DNA of 64,000 bases from an uncultured bacterium (GTDB taxonomy: Bacteria; Chloroflexota; UBA5177; JANWHV01), in the NCBI GenBank assembly GCA_963729625.1, contig CAVSOU010000010.1, forward strand, positions 1,312,001-1,376,000. The letters run 5' to 3'. Shown piece by piece: positions 29,239-38,447 of the stretch. The notes beneath the pieces were generated by a model, which had not been told where the DNA came from, did no database searches, and was given only the letters and a program-made list of their open reading frames with translations. Made by a program: the position numbers and the translations under genes. Numbering within the stretch: position 1 is the first letter of the stretch; every line of letters starts with the position of its first letter.

Positions 29239-29359
29239 CCAGGCGATCTCCTTGCAGCTGAAACACTTACCGCAGATACCGCATGCATCGACAAGCGTGG
29301 AGGTTGAGCTCGCAGTCAACCCCACCGTCCACGAGCGGCAATAGATGGCTCAATTCTTC

Positions 29360-29368
29360 ACTATAGCA
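29360..29368 (-). promoter_or_regulatory. Extended -10 element upstream of the AGE-glgX-partner-switch operon
   Basis: TG-C-TATAGT on the minus strand in an AT-rich intergenic patch about 120 bp upstream of the start. Confidence 0.4.
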
Positions 29369-29472
29369 GGAATAATCTACAAAAGTTGGGCATTACAGGT
29401 CGCTCGTGCCGGTTGGCGCCATCGAGGCGGTCGTGCCAGCGGCAGTGGCAAACAGGGCGCGTCGGGCTCCCA

Positions 29473-30282
29473 TCATTTCATGAAGCTGTCATCAAGGGGC
29501 TGGCCATCGACGACGGCCGAATCCCCTCCGTCGAAGGTCCGAGACCCGCGGACAGTTCGGGCCCGAAGCTGCAGGTTCTTGAAGAAATCGGTGTCGGCAA
29601 TCTCGGCCACCTGTTTAGCTTGGAGTGCAGGGTCGATTTCTATACGGAGCTCGCGCACCTGTTGCTTGAGCGCCTCCTCCCGGGCCTGCACTTCGCGCGC
29701 CATCTGCTGAAACTTGCGGGCAAGATGTCCCAATGAGTCAGTTCGCTGGGTTACTTCCTGCAGCGCTTCAGGGCGGAACGTGCCGACTTCAAGATCGTGG
29801 GCCGCAGCGGTGATCATTTCGACCATGCGAATATACTCGTAGTCCTCCGTCCGATCCGAATTGGTGCCCCGCAGGCGCTCGCACAGCACTTTGATCACGC
29901 CTTCAGCCACCTCACTGCGCTCGCTGAGCAGATGGCGAAATGCCGTGCTACTGAGCCGGTACAGCCGGCAGGCGGTGGCGGCTACTGCGGTGGCACTCCG
30001 TGTCTGCGAATCCAGTACCGCCATTTCACCAAATACTTCGCCCGGATAGTGGTGATCAAGCAGCAGGGGACCGTCGAAGATGCCGACTTTGCCGTCGACG
30101 ATGATATAGAGTGCGTCACCCATCTCACCCTTGGCGAAAATGGTCCGGCCGGCTTCGATGGCCACCGCAGTGAGGGCCTCTGCAACTTCGAGAAGCACGT
30201 GTTCGGGAGTGCCCGCCAGGATACCAATGCCGCGCAAGCAGGTCAATCGTTCTTCGATGTTCTTCAAGTGTTTCGCCCCCAT
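29473..30282 (-). CDS. Cyclic-nucleotide-binding protein with HAMP-like/coiled-coil C-terminal module
   Basis: IFAKGEMGDALYII.DG.V, FGEMAVLDSQTRSA (phosphate-binding cassette); tail LARKFQQMAREVQAREEALKQQVRELRIEID..VAEIADTDFF. Start uncertain. Confidence 0.85.
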   Translation of the reverse strand: MGAKHLKNIEERLTCLRGIGILAGTPEHVLLEVAEALTAVAIEAGRTIFAKGEMGDALYIIVDGKVGIFDGPLLLDHHYPGEVFGEMAVLDSQTRSATAVAATACRLYRLSSTAFRHLLSERSEVAEGVIKVLCERLRGTNSDRTEDYEYIRMVEMITAAAHDLEVGTFRPEALQEVTQRTDSLGHLARKFQQMAREVQAREEALKQQVRELRIEIDPALQAKQVAEIADTDFFKNLQLRARTVRGSRTFDGGDSAVVDGQPLDDSFMK

Positions 30283-30623
30283 CGTGCGACTAGCATGCGT
30301 GAGATTGGTAGTGCAGGGAAGCAACATTCCTTGTTGGGCTTCTCGATCGTAAACAACGAAGAACCGCCCCTTTCTCCAATCTATACTGCCAAGCCCAAGA
30401 AGCAAAGGGGTCGCTGCGAGCCGCGATTGCTCACCAGCGACTCCAGAGCCACGGGCGGGCACTGCAGACATGCAGCGTGAGCCTTCGTCGCCTAGCGGCT
30501 AGCTTTGGCAGACCGTTGGGAGAGCCCCACTGTGATAGTCAGCTAATTCGACAAGATGTATTATTGCGCAGCAAGAAGAACTCTGCCTATTCGACAGGCC
30601 TCCCTGTGATGAGGAGTTGTGCT

Positions 30624-33600
30624 ATGTATCGACGGCCGCGCGCCCTACTCGCGATTTCCGTGCTTCTGCTGGCGACTGCACCTGCGTCGCGTGTCTCCCA
30701 AATCGCCTTGGCACACTCGGACCAGGCATCGAAGTCGCCTGCGAGCCCGACGGCCCTGCTGAAGTTGAGCGTGCAGCCCCCCAAAGTCCAGGTCGGCCGT
30801 GACGTTTCGCTTCAGATCCGTATCACTGATGCCACCGGCAAGCCCGTGACGCGGGTCTTGGTCACCATCATGGGCGCCGGTCGCCCGGGCGCTGGCACGG
30901 CGAGCTCCGGCACACTCGTCTTTGCCGTGCATGCCGCATCGCTAGGCACGATCGTCGTGCAAGCTACCCACGCAGGTTTCGCACCCGCCACCGTGAAGCT
31001 GCCCATTATCTCAGGCTCTCCAGCCACCGTCGTCGCAATCAAGTCCGGGCTAAGAGTCCTGGCGCCCCACGCCAAACCGCAATCCGGCAAAGTGGGCACC
31101 GACCTTTTCGACCTCTATCATGGCGTTACCGCCAAGAGCCAGTACGCGTCGCTGGCGCTGCGCGACGGAACCTTGATGGACCTGAACGCGAGCACGGACG
31201 TAGTGATCCACGACCCCCTGCACACCACGCTTACGAACGGCGAACTCTTCCTGGAGGTCGTGCACGGCGCGGCGAGCCACCAGATTCAGGTTGGTAATGC
31301 AGTAGCCGCTACCAAGGGGACACGCCTCGACGTCAAGGGAAACTCCAAGACGAAGACGTGGGTAGTGACGGTGATTGAAGGGCAGGTCCAGGTGACCAAT
31401 GTTAAGGTAAAGGGGGCGCCGAGCACGATCCTTGTTGGGTCGGGGCAACAAAGCACCGTAGTCGGGAACCGCCCACCAAGCCCACCAGCGCAGGTGAACG
31501 TGAGCAAGGTGATAGTGTGGGTGAAGAATGTGCCTAACACCAATGCGACCACCGTTCCCCCGGTGCTCAACCTTCCCCTGCCACAATATGTACCTCCCGT
31601 TGTGGCTCCTCCGGCGGCCAGCTCGCCGGCGATCACCATCACCGGCACGCTGTCGACCAGCACCTGGACCGCAGGGGACGGCCCCTATCTCCTGAATGGC
31701 GGAGTGACCGTGCCGGCAGGGGCGGCACTGACCATCGCCCCCGGCACCACCGTGGAGATGGGCCCCTACGCCTACCTGGATGTGCTCGGCACGCTCACCG
31801 CCCGCGGCACCGACGCCACGCCCATCATCTTCACCAGCGCCGCGGCACAGCCCAAGCCGGGCGACTGGCAGTACATCCGTTTCGACGGCGCCCGGGCCGT
31901 CCGCAGCGTGTTCGACCACGTGCAGGTCTTCTACGGCAGCAGCAATGGCGGCGCCTCAGGCATGCTCTCGCTCACGGGTGGGGCCAATCTGACCATCAGC
32001 AACGACGTCTTCAGCCAGGCCAGCACGCTGGGACTGTGGATTGACGACACCACGCGCCCCACCGTCACCAACTGTGTCTTCGCCGGGAACGGCAGCTACG
32101 CCATCGAGGCCCCGGTCGACGACCTCGGGCTGATTACCGGCATCGGCTACGGTCCCGGGCAAACGGGCATGCGGGTGCGAGGTGGCACCGTCTCCCATGA
32201 TGCCACCTGGCAGCGTCCCGATGTGCCGGTTCAGCTGCTTGATGCCACGACCATAGCCACAGGCGTTACGGTCACTATCGCCCCCGGCACCACCGTGGAG
32301 ATGGGCCCCTACGCCTACCTGGATGTGCTCGGCACGCTCACCGCCCGCGGCACCGACGCCACGCCCATCATCTTCACCAGCGCCGCGGCACAGCCCAAGC
32401 CGGGCGACTGGCAGTACATCCGTTTCGACGGCGCCCGGGCCGTCCGCAGCGTGTTCGACCACGTGCAGGTCTTCTACGGCAGCAGCAATGGCGGCGCCTC
32501 AGGCATGCTCTCGCTCACGGGTGGGGCCAATCTGACCATCAGCAACGACGTCTTCAGCCAGGCCAGCACGCTGGGACTGTGGATTGACGACACCACGCGC
32601 CCCACCGTCACCAACTGTGTCTTCGCCGGGAACGGCAGCTACGCCATCGAGGCCCCGGTCGACGACCTCGGGCTGATTACCGGCATCGGCTACGGTCCCG
32701 GGCAAACGGGCATGCGGGTGCGAGGTGGCACCGTCTCCCATGATGCCACCTGGCAGCGTCCCGATGTGCCGGTTCAGCTGCTTGATGCCACGACCATAGC
32801 CACAGGCGTTACGGTCACTATCGCCCCCGGCACCACCGTGGAGATGGGCCCCTACGCCTACCTGGATGTGCTCGGCACGCTCACCGCCCGCGGCACCGAC
32901 GCCACGCCCATCATCTTCACCAGCGCCGCGGCACAGCCCAAGCCGGGCGACTGGCAGTACATCCGTTTCGACGGCGCCCGGGCCGTCCGCAGCGTGTTCG
33001 ACCACGTGCAGGTCTTCTACGGCAGCAGCAATGGCGGCGCCTCAGGCATGCTCTCGCTCACGGGTGGGGCCAATCTGACCATCAGCAACGACGTCTTCAG
33101 CCAGGCCAGCACGCTGGGACTGTGGATTGACGACACCACGCGCCCCACCGTCACCAACTGTGTCTTCGCCGGGAACGGCAGCTACGCCATCGAGGCCCCG
33201 GTCGACGACCTCGGGCTGATTACCGGCATCGGCTACGGTCCCGGGCAAACGGGCATGCGGGTGCGAGGTGGCACCGTCTCCCATGATGCCACCTGGCAGC
33301 GTCCCGATGTGCCGGTTCAGCTGCTTGATGCCACGACCATAGCCACAGGCGTTACGGTCACTATCGCCCCCGGCACCACCGTGGAGATGGGCCCCTACGC
33401 CTACCTGGATGTGCTCGGCACGCTCGACGCCCGCGGCACCGACGCCACGCCCATCATCTTCACCAGCGCCGCGGCACAGCCCAAGCCGGGTGACTGGCAG
33501 TACATCCGTTTCGACGGCGCCCGGGCCGTCCGCAGCGTGTTCGACCACGTGCAGGTCTTCTACGGCAGCAGCAATGGCGGCGCATCCGGCATGCTCTCGC

Positions 33601-33830
33601 TCACGGGTGGGGCCAATCTGACCATTACGAACTGCCTGGTCGCCGACGCCGCGCAGATCGGAATCTGGGTGGAAGACGGCAGCCATCCTACCATCGCCTA
33701 CTGTTCGTTCCGGGATGACAGGGGCGCGGCAATCAGCATTCCTGCGCCAGATCCGGCGCGTATTCACGACAACACGTTTGCGGCAGGCCAGGCAGGAATG
33801 GATGTGCGGACGAGCGGCGCCTCCTATTGA
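30624..33830 (+). CDS. Secreted FecR-domain protein with four near-identical beta-helix units (paralog 3)
   Basis: GAGGAG then ATG 30624 (MYRRPRALLAISVLLL); FecR motifs; 181-aa repeats. Confidence 0.87.
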   Translation: MYRRPRALLAISVLLLATAPASRVSQIALAHSDQASKSPASPTALLKLSVQPPKVQVGRDVSLQIRITDATGKPVTRVLVTIMGAGRPGAGTASSGTLVFAVHAASLGTIVVQATHAGFAPATVKLPIISGSPATVVAIKSGLRVLAPHAKPQSGKVGTDLFDLYHGVTAKSQYASLALRDGTLMDLNASTDVVIHDPLHTTLTNGELFLEVVHGAASHQIQVGNAVAATKGTRLDVKGNSKTKTWVVTVIEGQVQVTNVKVKGAPSTILVGSGQQSTVVGNRPPSPPAQVNVSKVIVWVKNVPNTNATTVPPVLNLPLPQYVPPVVAPPAASSPAITITGTLSTSTWTAGDGPYLLNGGVTVPAGAALTIAPGTTVEMGPYAYLDVLGTLTARGTDATPIIFTSAAAQPKPGDWQYIRFDGARAVRSVFDHVQVFYGSSNGGASGMLSLTGGANLTISNDVFSQASTLGLWIDDTTRPTVTNCVFAGNGSYAIEAPVDDLGLITGIGYGPGQTGMRVRGGTVSHDATWQRPDVPVQLLDATTIATGVTVTIAPGTTVEMGPYAYLDVLGTLTARGTDATPIIFTSAAAQPKPGDWQYIRFDGARAVRSVFDHVQVFYGSSNGGASGMLSLTGGANLTISNDVFSQASTLGLWIDDTTRPTVTNCVFAGNGSYAIEAPVDDLGLITGIGYGPGQTGMRVRGGTVSHDATWQRPDVPVQLLDATTIATGVTVTIAPGTTVEMGPYAYLDVLGTLTARGTDATPIIFTSAAAQPKPGDWQYIRFDGARAVRSVFDHVQVFYGSSNGGASGMLSLTGGANLTISNDVFSQASTLGLWIDDTTRPTVTNCVFAGNGSYAIEAPVDDLGLITGIGYGPGQTGMRVRGGTVSHDATWQRPDVPVQLLDATTIATGVTVTIAPGTTVEMGPYAYLDVLGTLDARGTDATPIIFTSAAAQPKPGDWQYIRFDGARAVRSVFDHVQVFYGSSNGGASGMLSLTGGANLTITNCLVADAAQIGIWVEDGSHPTIAYCSFRDDRGAAISIPAPDPARIHDNTFAAGQAGMDVRTSGASY
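31734..33625 (+). repeat. 543-bp tandem repeat, about 3.5 near-identical copies
   Basis: Identical off-frame ORFs at 31780, 32323 and 32866 and a near-identical one at 33409 (period 543); only a few substitutions in the last copy. Confidence 0.95.
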
Positions 33831-33962
33831 CGTGTAGGTAACCGTGTGCCACCCCGCATGCACCAACCCTTCCCGATTCTGCTATCGCTGGAATCGCGTT
33901 TACGAGATAGTATGGATTGGGCAATTGGACGCCATCGGAGATGCGGGTGGGGGACATCCACT

Positions 33963-34322
33963 ATGCGTGACGCCGAGATCCAGGGTTGGCTGAGCCAGCA
34001 CGAGAATGAGCCTCGGGTTCGTGGAGTCACTGCTGTCGATCTATTGGAGCTACCACCAGCGCTCAACCAGATTCTGCGGATGCTGCTTTCGCATGGGCCT
34101 ATGACGCAGTCGCAGATACAAGCCGCCCTGGCCGCGTTGCCGGACACGCTCTGGGTTGACGACAGCGACCTGCCCTTCGCACTTGACGGTCTGGTCAATC
34201 TGCAGTGGCTGCTACGCGAAGCGGCGAGTCCGCCGGAATCGGGGCCGGTATATCGAATCAACTTGCGCACGAAAGCCCGCAACACTGCTGTGACCGGCGG
34301 ATGGGAGGCGCTCGATTTCTAG
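33963..34322 (+). CDS. Small winged-helix-like protein
   Basis: GVTAVDLLELPPAL..ILRMLLSHGPMTQSQI..ALDGLVNLQWL..YRINL resembles a wHTH pattern. Confidence 0.55.
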   Translation: MRDAEIQGWLSQHENEPRVRGVTAVDLLELPPALNQILRMLLSHGPMTQSQIQAALAALPDTLWVDDSDLPFALDGLVNLQWLLREAASPPESGPVYRINLRTKARNTAVTGGWEALDF

Positions 34323-34350
34323 ACTCGGACTTGGGCTACTTGGGCAGACG

Positions 34351-35679
34351 TTGAACGTTCAGCGCGGCGAGTGGGCAGTGCTTAGCCGGTTTCTCGTGCT
34401 GTTCGGCATCCTCAGCCTGCTGATCGATGGCGTGGACGTACTGGCGACGAGCGACTACGTGCTCAATGTCGGCACCGACGCGATTCCCATCATCTGGTCA
34501 GCTGTCACTGTCACGCTGGTGGTCGTGTCTGCGGCGTATGCCTTGATTGCCGACCGCTTCCCCCGTCAAGTCGTGATGCGTATTGTGCTGACTGCCTTCG
34601 GCCTTGCATTCGTCGTGGTTTGGATGCTGCTGAATGGTTCGTTCCTGTCGAAGGCAGTGCTCTACAACGCTCTCTATTTGTTGACAAACGTGCAGATGAT
34701 CGTTCTGCCACTTGCGTTTTGGCCGATGGCCAGCGATCACTACAACGTCGCCAATAGCACCAGGTTGTTTCCGGCAATCGCGATGGCCGGCCTGATCGGC
34801 AAGATCGTAGGGAACTGGCTTGGGGGCGTGTCCGTTGCCTGGTTTGGGGCGCGAGGCCTGAACGGCAACGATCCCCTGCTGATAGGCGGGGGGGTGCTGT
34901 TTCTGGCTGCGCTGGCGATTCCTGCATTGGTACCGGAACGGCGAAGCGTGGAGGCGAGGTCGGGCTCACCCAAGCTCAGCATCGTCGACACGTTGCGAGA
35001 GGGCATGGACTTCGTACGCGAAGTGCCGTTGCTCCGCTACCTGGCGATCGTCTTCTTTGTCAATCAACTGGTCATAACGATTCTTGACTACCAGTACCTG
35101 GTGGTCGGCGCGGAGAGGTTTCCACGCGCCTCCGACTTCAGCGAGTTCTTCGGCAATCTTCGGGCACTCTGGAACGTGCTCGCCCTAGCCATGCAGGTGC
35201 TGATTGTCAGCCGCCTGAGTGCTCGGCTTGGACCGAAGAACATTTTTTTCCTGGTGCCAGGTGTGTTGGCGGCTGGGATGGCGGGCGCCGCCGTGGCCTA
35301 CGCATTCATCAGCGTGGTCATTGTGCGCTTCGCAGCCAATGTCATTACCACGACCTTTGAACGGCCGGCACGGAAGGCGGCCCAGGGCTTGGTGCCGGAG
35401 AGCAAGAGGGGCCGGGTGACCACCTTCATCGACAGCTTCCTCTTTGCCATTGCCCAGATCATCGGCTGCGCAATCATCGGGGCCGGAATCGTGCTCCGCC
35501 GCGCGGGAATTTTGGGTTCCACAGGCGTGGCGGTCGGTTATCTGGCGATCGGCGCCGGCTGCGCCCTTCTCGGCATATACTTTGTGATGCGTCTGCGCGC
35601 TACGTACGATGCCAGCCTGGTGAATTGGCGCCTGGCACGGCGCAAGCGGGTATCGGCCCTGGTCGACCTGGACCTATGA
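34351..35679 (+). CDS. Npt1/Npt2 (ATP/ADP translocase-like) MFS transporter
   Basis: About 12 hydrophobic segments; LNVQRGEW, FW.MA.D.Y....TRLFP.I...G..G.IVG, LDYQY, VP..KRGRV..FID. True start may be ATT 34315. Confidence 0.7.
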   Translation: MNVQRGEWAVLSRFLVLFGILSLLIDGVDVLATSDYVLNVGTDAIPIIWSAVTVTLVVVSAAYALIADRFPRQVVMRIVLTAFGLAFVVVWMLLNGSFLSKAVLYNALYLLTNVQMIVLPLAFWPMASDHYNVANSTRLFPAIAMAGLIGKIVGNWLGGVSVAWFGARGLNGNDPLLIGGGVLFLAALAIPALVPERRSVEARSGSPKLSIVDTLREGMDFVREVPLLRYLAIVFFVNQLVITILDYQYLVVGAERFPRASDFSEFFGNLRALWNVLALAMQVLIVSRLSARLGPKNIFFLVPGVLAAGMAGAAVAYAFISVVIVRFAANVITTTFERPARKAAQGLVPESKRGRVTTFIDSFLFAIAQIIGCAIIGAGIVLRRAGILGSTGVAVGYLAIGAGCALLGIYFVMRLRATYDASLVNWRLARRKRVSALVDLDL

Positions 35680-35785
35680 AGCGCGAAATCGGCGCCGCCT
35701 GCACCTGGCCAGAGCCCAATCAGTTGGCGCAACCATCGACCGGCGTCCGGCCCGTCACTGCATGACGGAGTAGAGGAGTACGAGC

Positions 35786-36850
35786 ATGCGGCGTGTGTTG
35801 TCGAACATCCTGAGGCGAGCCGGCTGGCTGCCGGCGACTGTGACATGGCATGTGCGGCCAGTAATTGCCAGGGTCATCCTCTGGATCCAACTCATGGCGG
35901 TGTTCCTGCTACTCTTTGCCCTGGCCTTTGGGGGCACGGTATACCTGTTCTACAACAATTCGTCCGACCAGGCCATGAGCGTGCTGCGCAACGATCTGAA
36001 TGGCAGCGCGACTGCTCTGGCCGCTCAGCTGGATGCCGCGACCGTGGCGAGGATACATGCCGTTGGGCAAATGAATGGCGAGTACAAAGCGGTTCAGGCG
36101 CAGCTGCTGTATCTGGTAGCCTCCGACCCCAAGATCCACGGTGCCTATATCTTCACGCGCAATCCTTCAGATCCCAAGACGATGCTCTGGATTGTCACGT
36201 CCAACCTGCATCCAAAATGTAAGTGCAACGTGACGCGCAACAAACCGTACGATCCTGCAACACACGCAGCCGAGATGTTCGCCGCGTTTCAGCATCCCAC
36301 CACGAGCCCCAATATCTATAGCGACGTGTATGGTTCGTGGTTGTCTGGCTACGCGCCGATTCGTGACGCCAAGGGAGCCACGGTGGCGATTGCCGAGGTG
36401 GACATGACTGCCCAGTCGGTGGTCACCGTGCAGAACAACATCAAAGATGCCAGCATTCGGGTGTTCGTCATCGTGCTGGCCTGCTTGCTGGCCGTCATCC
36501 CGCTCATGGCCGCCGTAATCACCAACCCGCTCAAGATTGTGACACTGGCTGCTCGGGCGCTCGAGGTCGGTAGCACCCCTGACAGGGCCGAGCTGGAGCG
36601 CGCCACGCAGGGCCGCGACGAAGTGAGCCAATTGGCGCGCGTCTTCATTCGCATGACAGACGAAGTGCGGGCCCGGGAAGAAAAACTCAAACGTCAGGTG
36701 GCGGAGCTCAAGATCGAGATTGACCTCGCCAAGCAGGATACCCAGGTGGCAGAGATTACGGAGACGGACTTCTTCCGCGAGCTCCAGCAAAAGGCGCTTC
36801 TCATGCGCGCGCGTGCCACGGAGCCAGTGCCGGCCCTGCCGGCTGTCTAG
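35786..36850 (+). CDS. Membrane sensor: TM-Cache-like-TM-HAMP plus the same coiled-coil tail as the cNMP protein
   Basis: YSDVYGSWLSGYAPIRDAKG.TVA..VDM (Cache-like); ITNPL..RDEVSQLARVF..M (HAMP); REEKLKRQVAELKIEID..VAEITETDFF. Confidence 0.85.
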   Translation: MRRVLSNILRRAGWLPATVTWHVRPVIARVILWIQLMAVFLLLFALAFGGTVYLFYNNSSDQAMSVLRNDLNGSATALAAQLDAATVARIHAVGQMNGEYKAVQAQLLYLVASDPKIHGAYIFTRNPSDPKTMLWIVTSNLHPKCKCNVTRNKPYDPATHAAEMFAAFQHPTTSPNIYSDVYGSWLSGYAPIRDAKGATVAIAEVDMTAQSVVTVQNNIKDASIRVFVIVLACLLAVIPLMAAVITNPLKIVTLAARALEVGSTPDRAELERATQGRDEVSQLARVFIRMTDEVRAREEKLKRQVAELKIEIDLAKQDTQVAEITETDFFRELQQKALLMRARATEPVPALPAV

Positions 36851-36916
36851 CTATGTTGCGACTAATCAACCGTGCGGCGCGGCGCGCCTGCCACGAGTCG
36901 GGGGAGTTCTGGTGAA

Positions 36917-37444
36917 ATGGTCGAACTGACTTTGACCGCAACGCTGACGGCGGAGCGGGTCACTGCTCGCCACAAACCGTTACTGCGCGAGGCCACACCC
37001 GGCGACCGGGACCGTCTTTGGCAGTTCATCACGAGATCGGGTCTGGAGGCCGCGGGCGCCCTCGAGTCAGGGACCCGTTTCTGGGTGCTGGAAGACGGTG
37101 ACGGGCAGATCGTGGCGAGCACCGGCCTTGAGTACGGGCCCACTGCCGTCCTATTTCGAAGTACCGCAGTCGACCGTGCCTACCGGCGCCGTGGCCTTGC
37201 CCTGGCCCTGTATGAGTTTCGCTTCGCGGTGGCTATGACCGAGGGCTACAAGATTGCCTATGGCTTCTGCGATACGCCGGGATTCATGCTGCGCACCGGC
37301 TGGCGAGCGGTGCCGGTGGCAGAGGTGGTGGAAGCGCTGCCTCAGGCTCACCAGGTTGCCCATTTCGCGCGGATCGGCTGGTTGCCTACGGAGCATGCTT
37401 TCCGCAGAGACTTGACTACCAGGTGGGATGACGGGCTGTCCTGA
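36917..37444 (+). CDS. GNAT-family acetyltransferase
   Basis: LREATPGD, GQIVASTGLE, AVDRAYRRRGLALAL (motif A). Confidence 0.8.
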   Translation: MVELTLTATLTAERVTARHKPLLREATPGDRDRLWQFITRSGLEAAGALESGTRFWVLEDGDGQIVASTGLEYGPTAVLFRSTAVDRAYRRRGLALALYEFRFAVAMTEGYKIAYGFCDTPGFMLRTGWRAVPVAEVVEALPQAHQVAHFARIGWLPTEHAFRRDLTTRWDDGLS

Positions 37445-37575
37445 GGAGAACGGCAATGCCCGGCGTTCACCCGGATGAGCCGGACTGGTAACACCCGACA
37501 AAAGTGGAGCAGTAAAGCGGTCGGCTTCGCGCTATGCCGTCGTTTGGTACCTTTAGGCCAGAAGGAGTTGGAAGG

Positions 37576-38397
37576 GTGAGACGCATCTTGGTCGGTCTTT
37601 CAGAGTTCGGATATTGGGGTGAGGAGTTGGTCGGCCCCTTGGAGGTGCTGCACGAGGAAGGGTACCACACAGACTTTATGACCCCTAAAGGGCGGCGCGC
37701 TCATGCACTCCCGCCCAGCATGACCGCCGGCTATCTCGACCCGCCGCTCGGCAAGGTCGTGACGGACGAGCACTTCGCAGCCGCGACGCGAGCGCTCGAC
37801 GCCTCGCCACAGCTCGACGATCCGGTCAATCTGTCGACGTGGTTTCCCGAGCGCCCGTACTTCAATGTGCCGAACTTTGGTCATGACCTGGAGGCCTATT
37901 ACGCTGCACGCGATACGTGCTGGCAGGAGCTCGAGGCATATGATGCGCTGTTGCTGGTCGGCGGCAGCGGCCCAATCGTCGATATGGTGAACAATCAGCG
38001 GCTGCACGATGTGATCCTTGGCTTCCTCGCCGCCGGCAAACTGATCGCTGCCGAATGCTACGGAGTTGCCTGCCTGGCCTTTGCTCGCGACTGGACGGAC
38101 CGCAGGAGCATTATCTGGGGCAAGCATGTCACCGGACACGCGATGGAGTATGATTACAAGGATGGCACAGGCTTCCTCAACACGGATATCAACATGGGAC
38201 CGCCCCCGTACCCACTTGAGCTCATCCTGCGCGACGCCACCGGGCCTGACGGCCAGTACCATGGTGGTGTAGGGCGCACTCTGTCGACCATTCTTGACTA
38301 TCCCTTCCTGACCGGGCGGTCCACGCAAGATTCCCACCTGGTCGGTGAACTCATGGTGCAGGTGCTCGAAAAGGGGCTCCGGCGATACGGCTGGTAA
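37576..38397 (+). CDS. DJ-1/PfpI (class I GATase-like) protein
   Basis: AAGGAG upstream of GTG; GYWGEELVGP, YDALLLVGGSGP..D, IAAECYG, GKHVTG, LTGRS. Confidence 0.85.
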   Translation: MRRILVGLSEFGYWGEELVGPLEVLHEEGYHTDFMTPKGRRAHALPPSMTAGYLDPPLGKVVTDEHFAAATRALDASPQLDDPVNLSTWFPERPYFNVPNFGHDLEAYYAARDTCWQELEAYDALLLVGGSGPIVDMVNNQRLHDVILGFLAAGKLIAAECYGVACLAFARDWTDRRSIIWGKHVTGHAMEYDYKDGTGFLNTDINMGPPPYPLELILRDATGPDGQYHGGVGRTLSTILDYPFLTGRSTQDSHLVGELMVQVLEKGLRRYGW

Positions 38398-38447
38398 GGC
38401 CGGCCCAAGTCGGACTCATATCCTGATTAGCGAGAGGTGTAGGCGCA

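Noticed and set aside
31734-33625. Tandem repeats considered as a CRISPR array or a diversity-generating retroelement template
   Set aside because: Units are contiguous in-frame coding repeats with no spacers, no adenine-specific variation, and no cas or reverse transcriptase gene.
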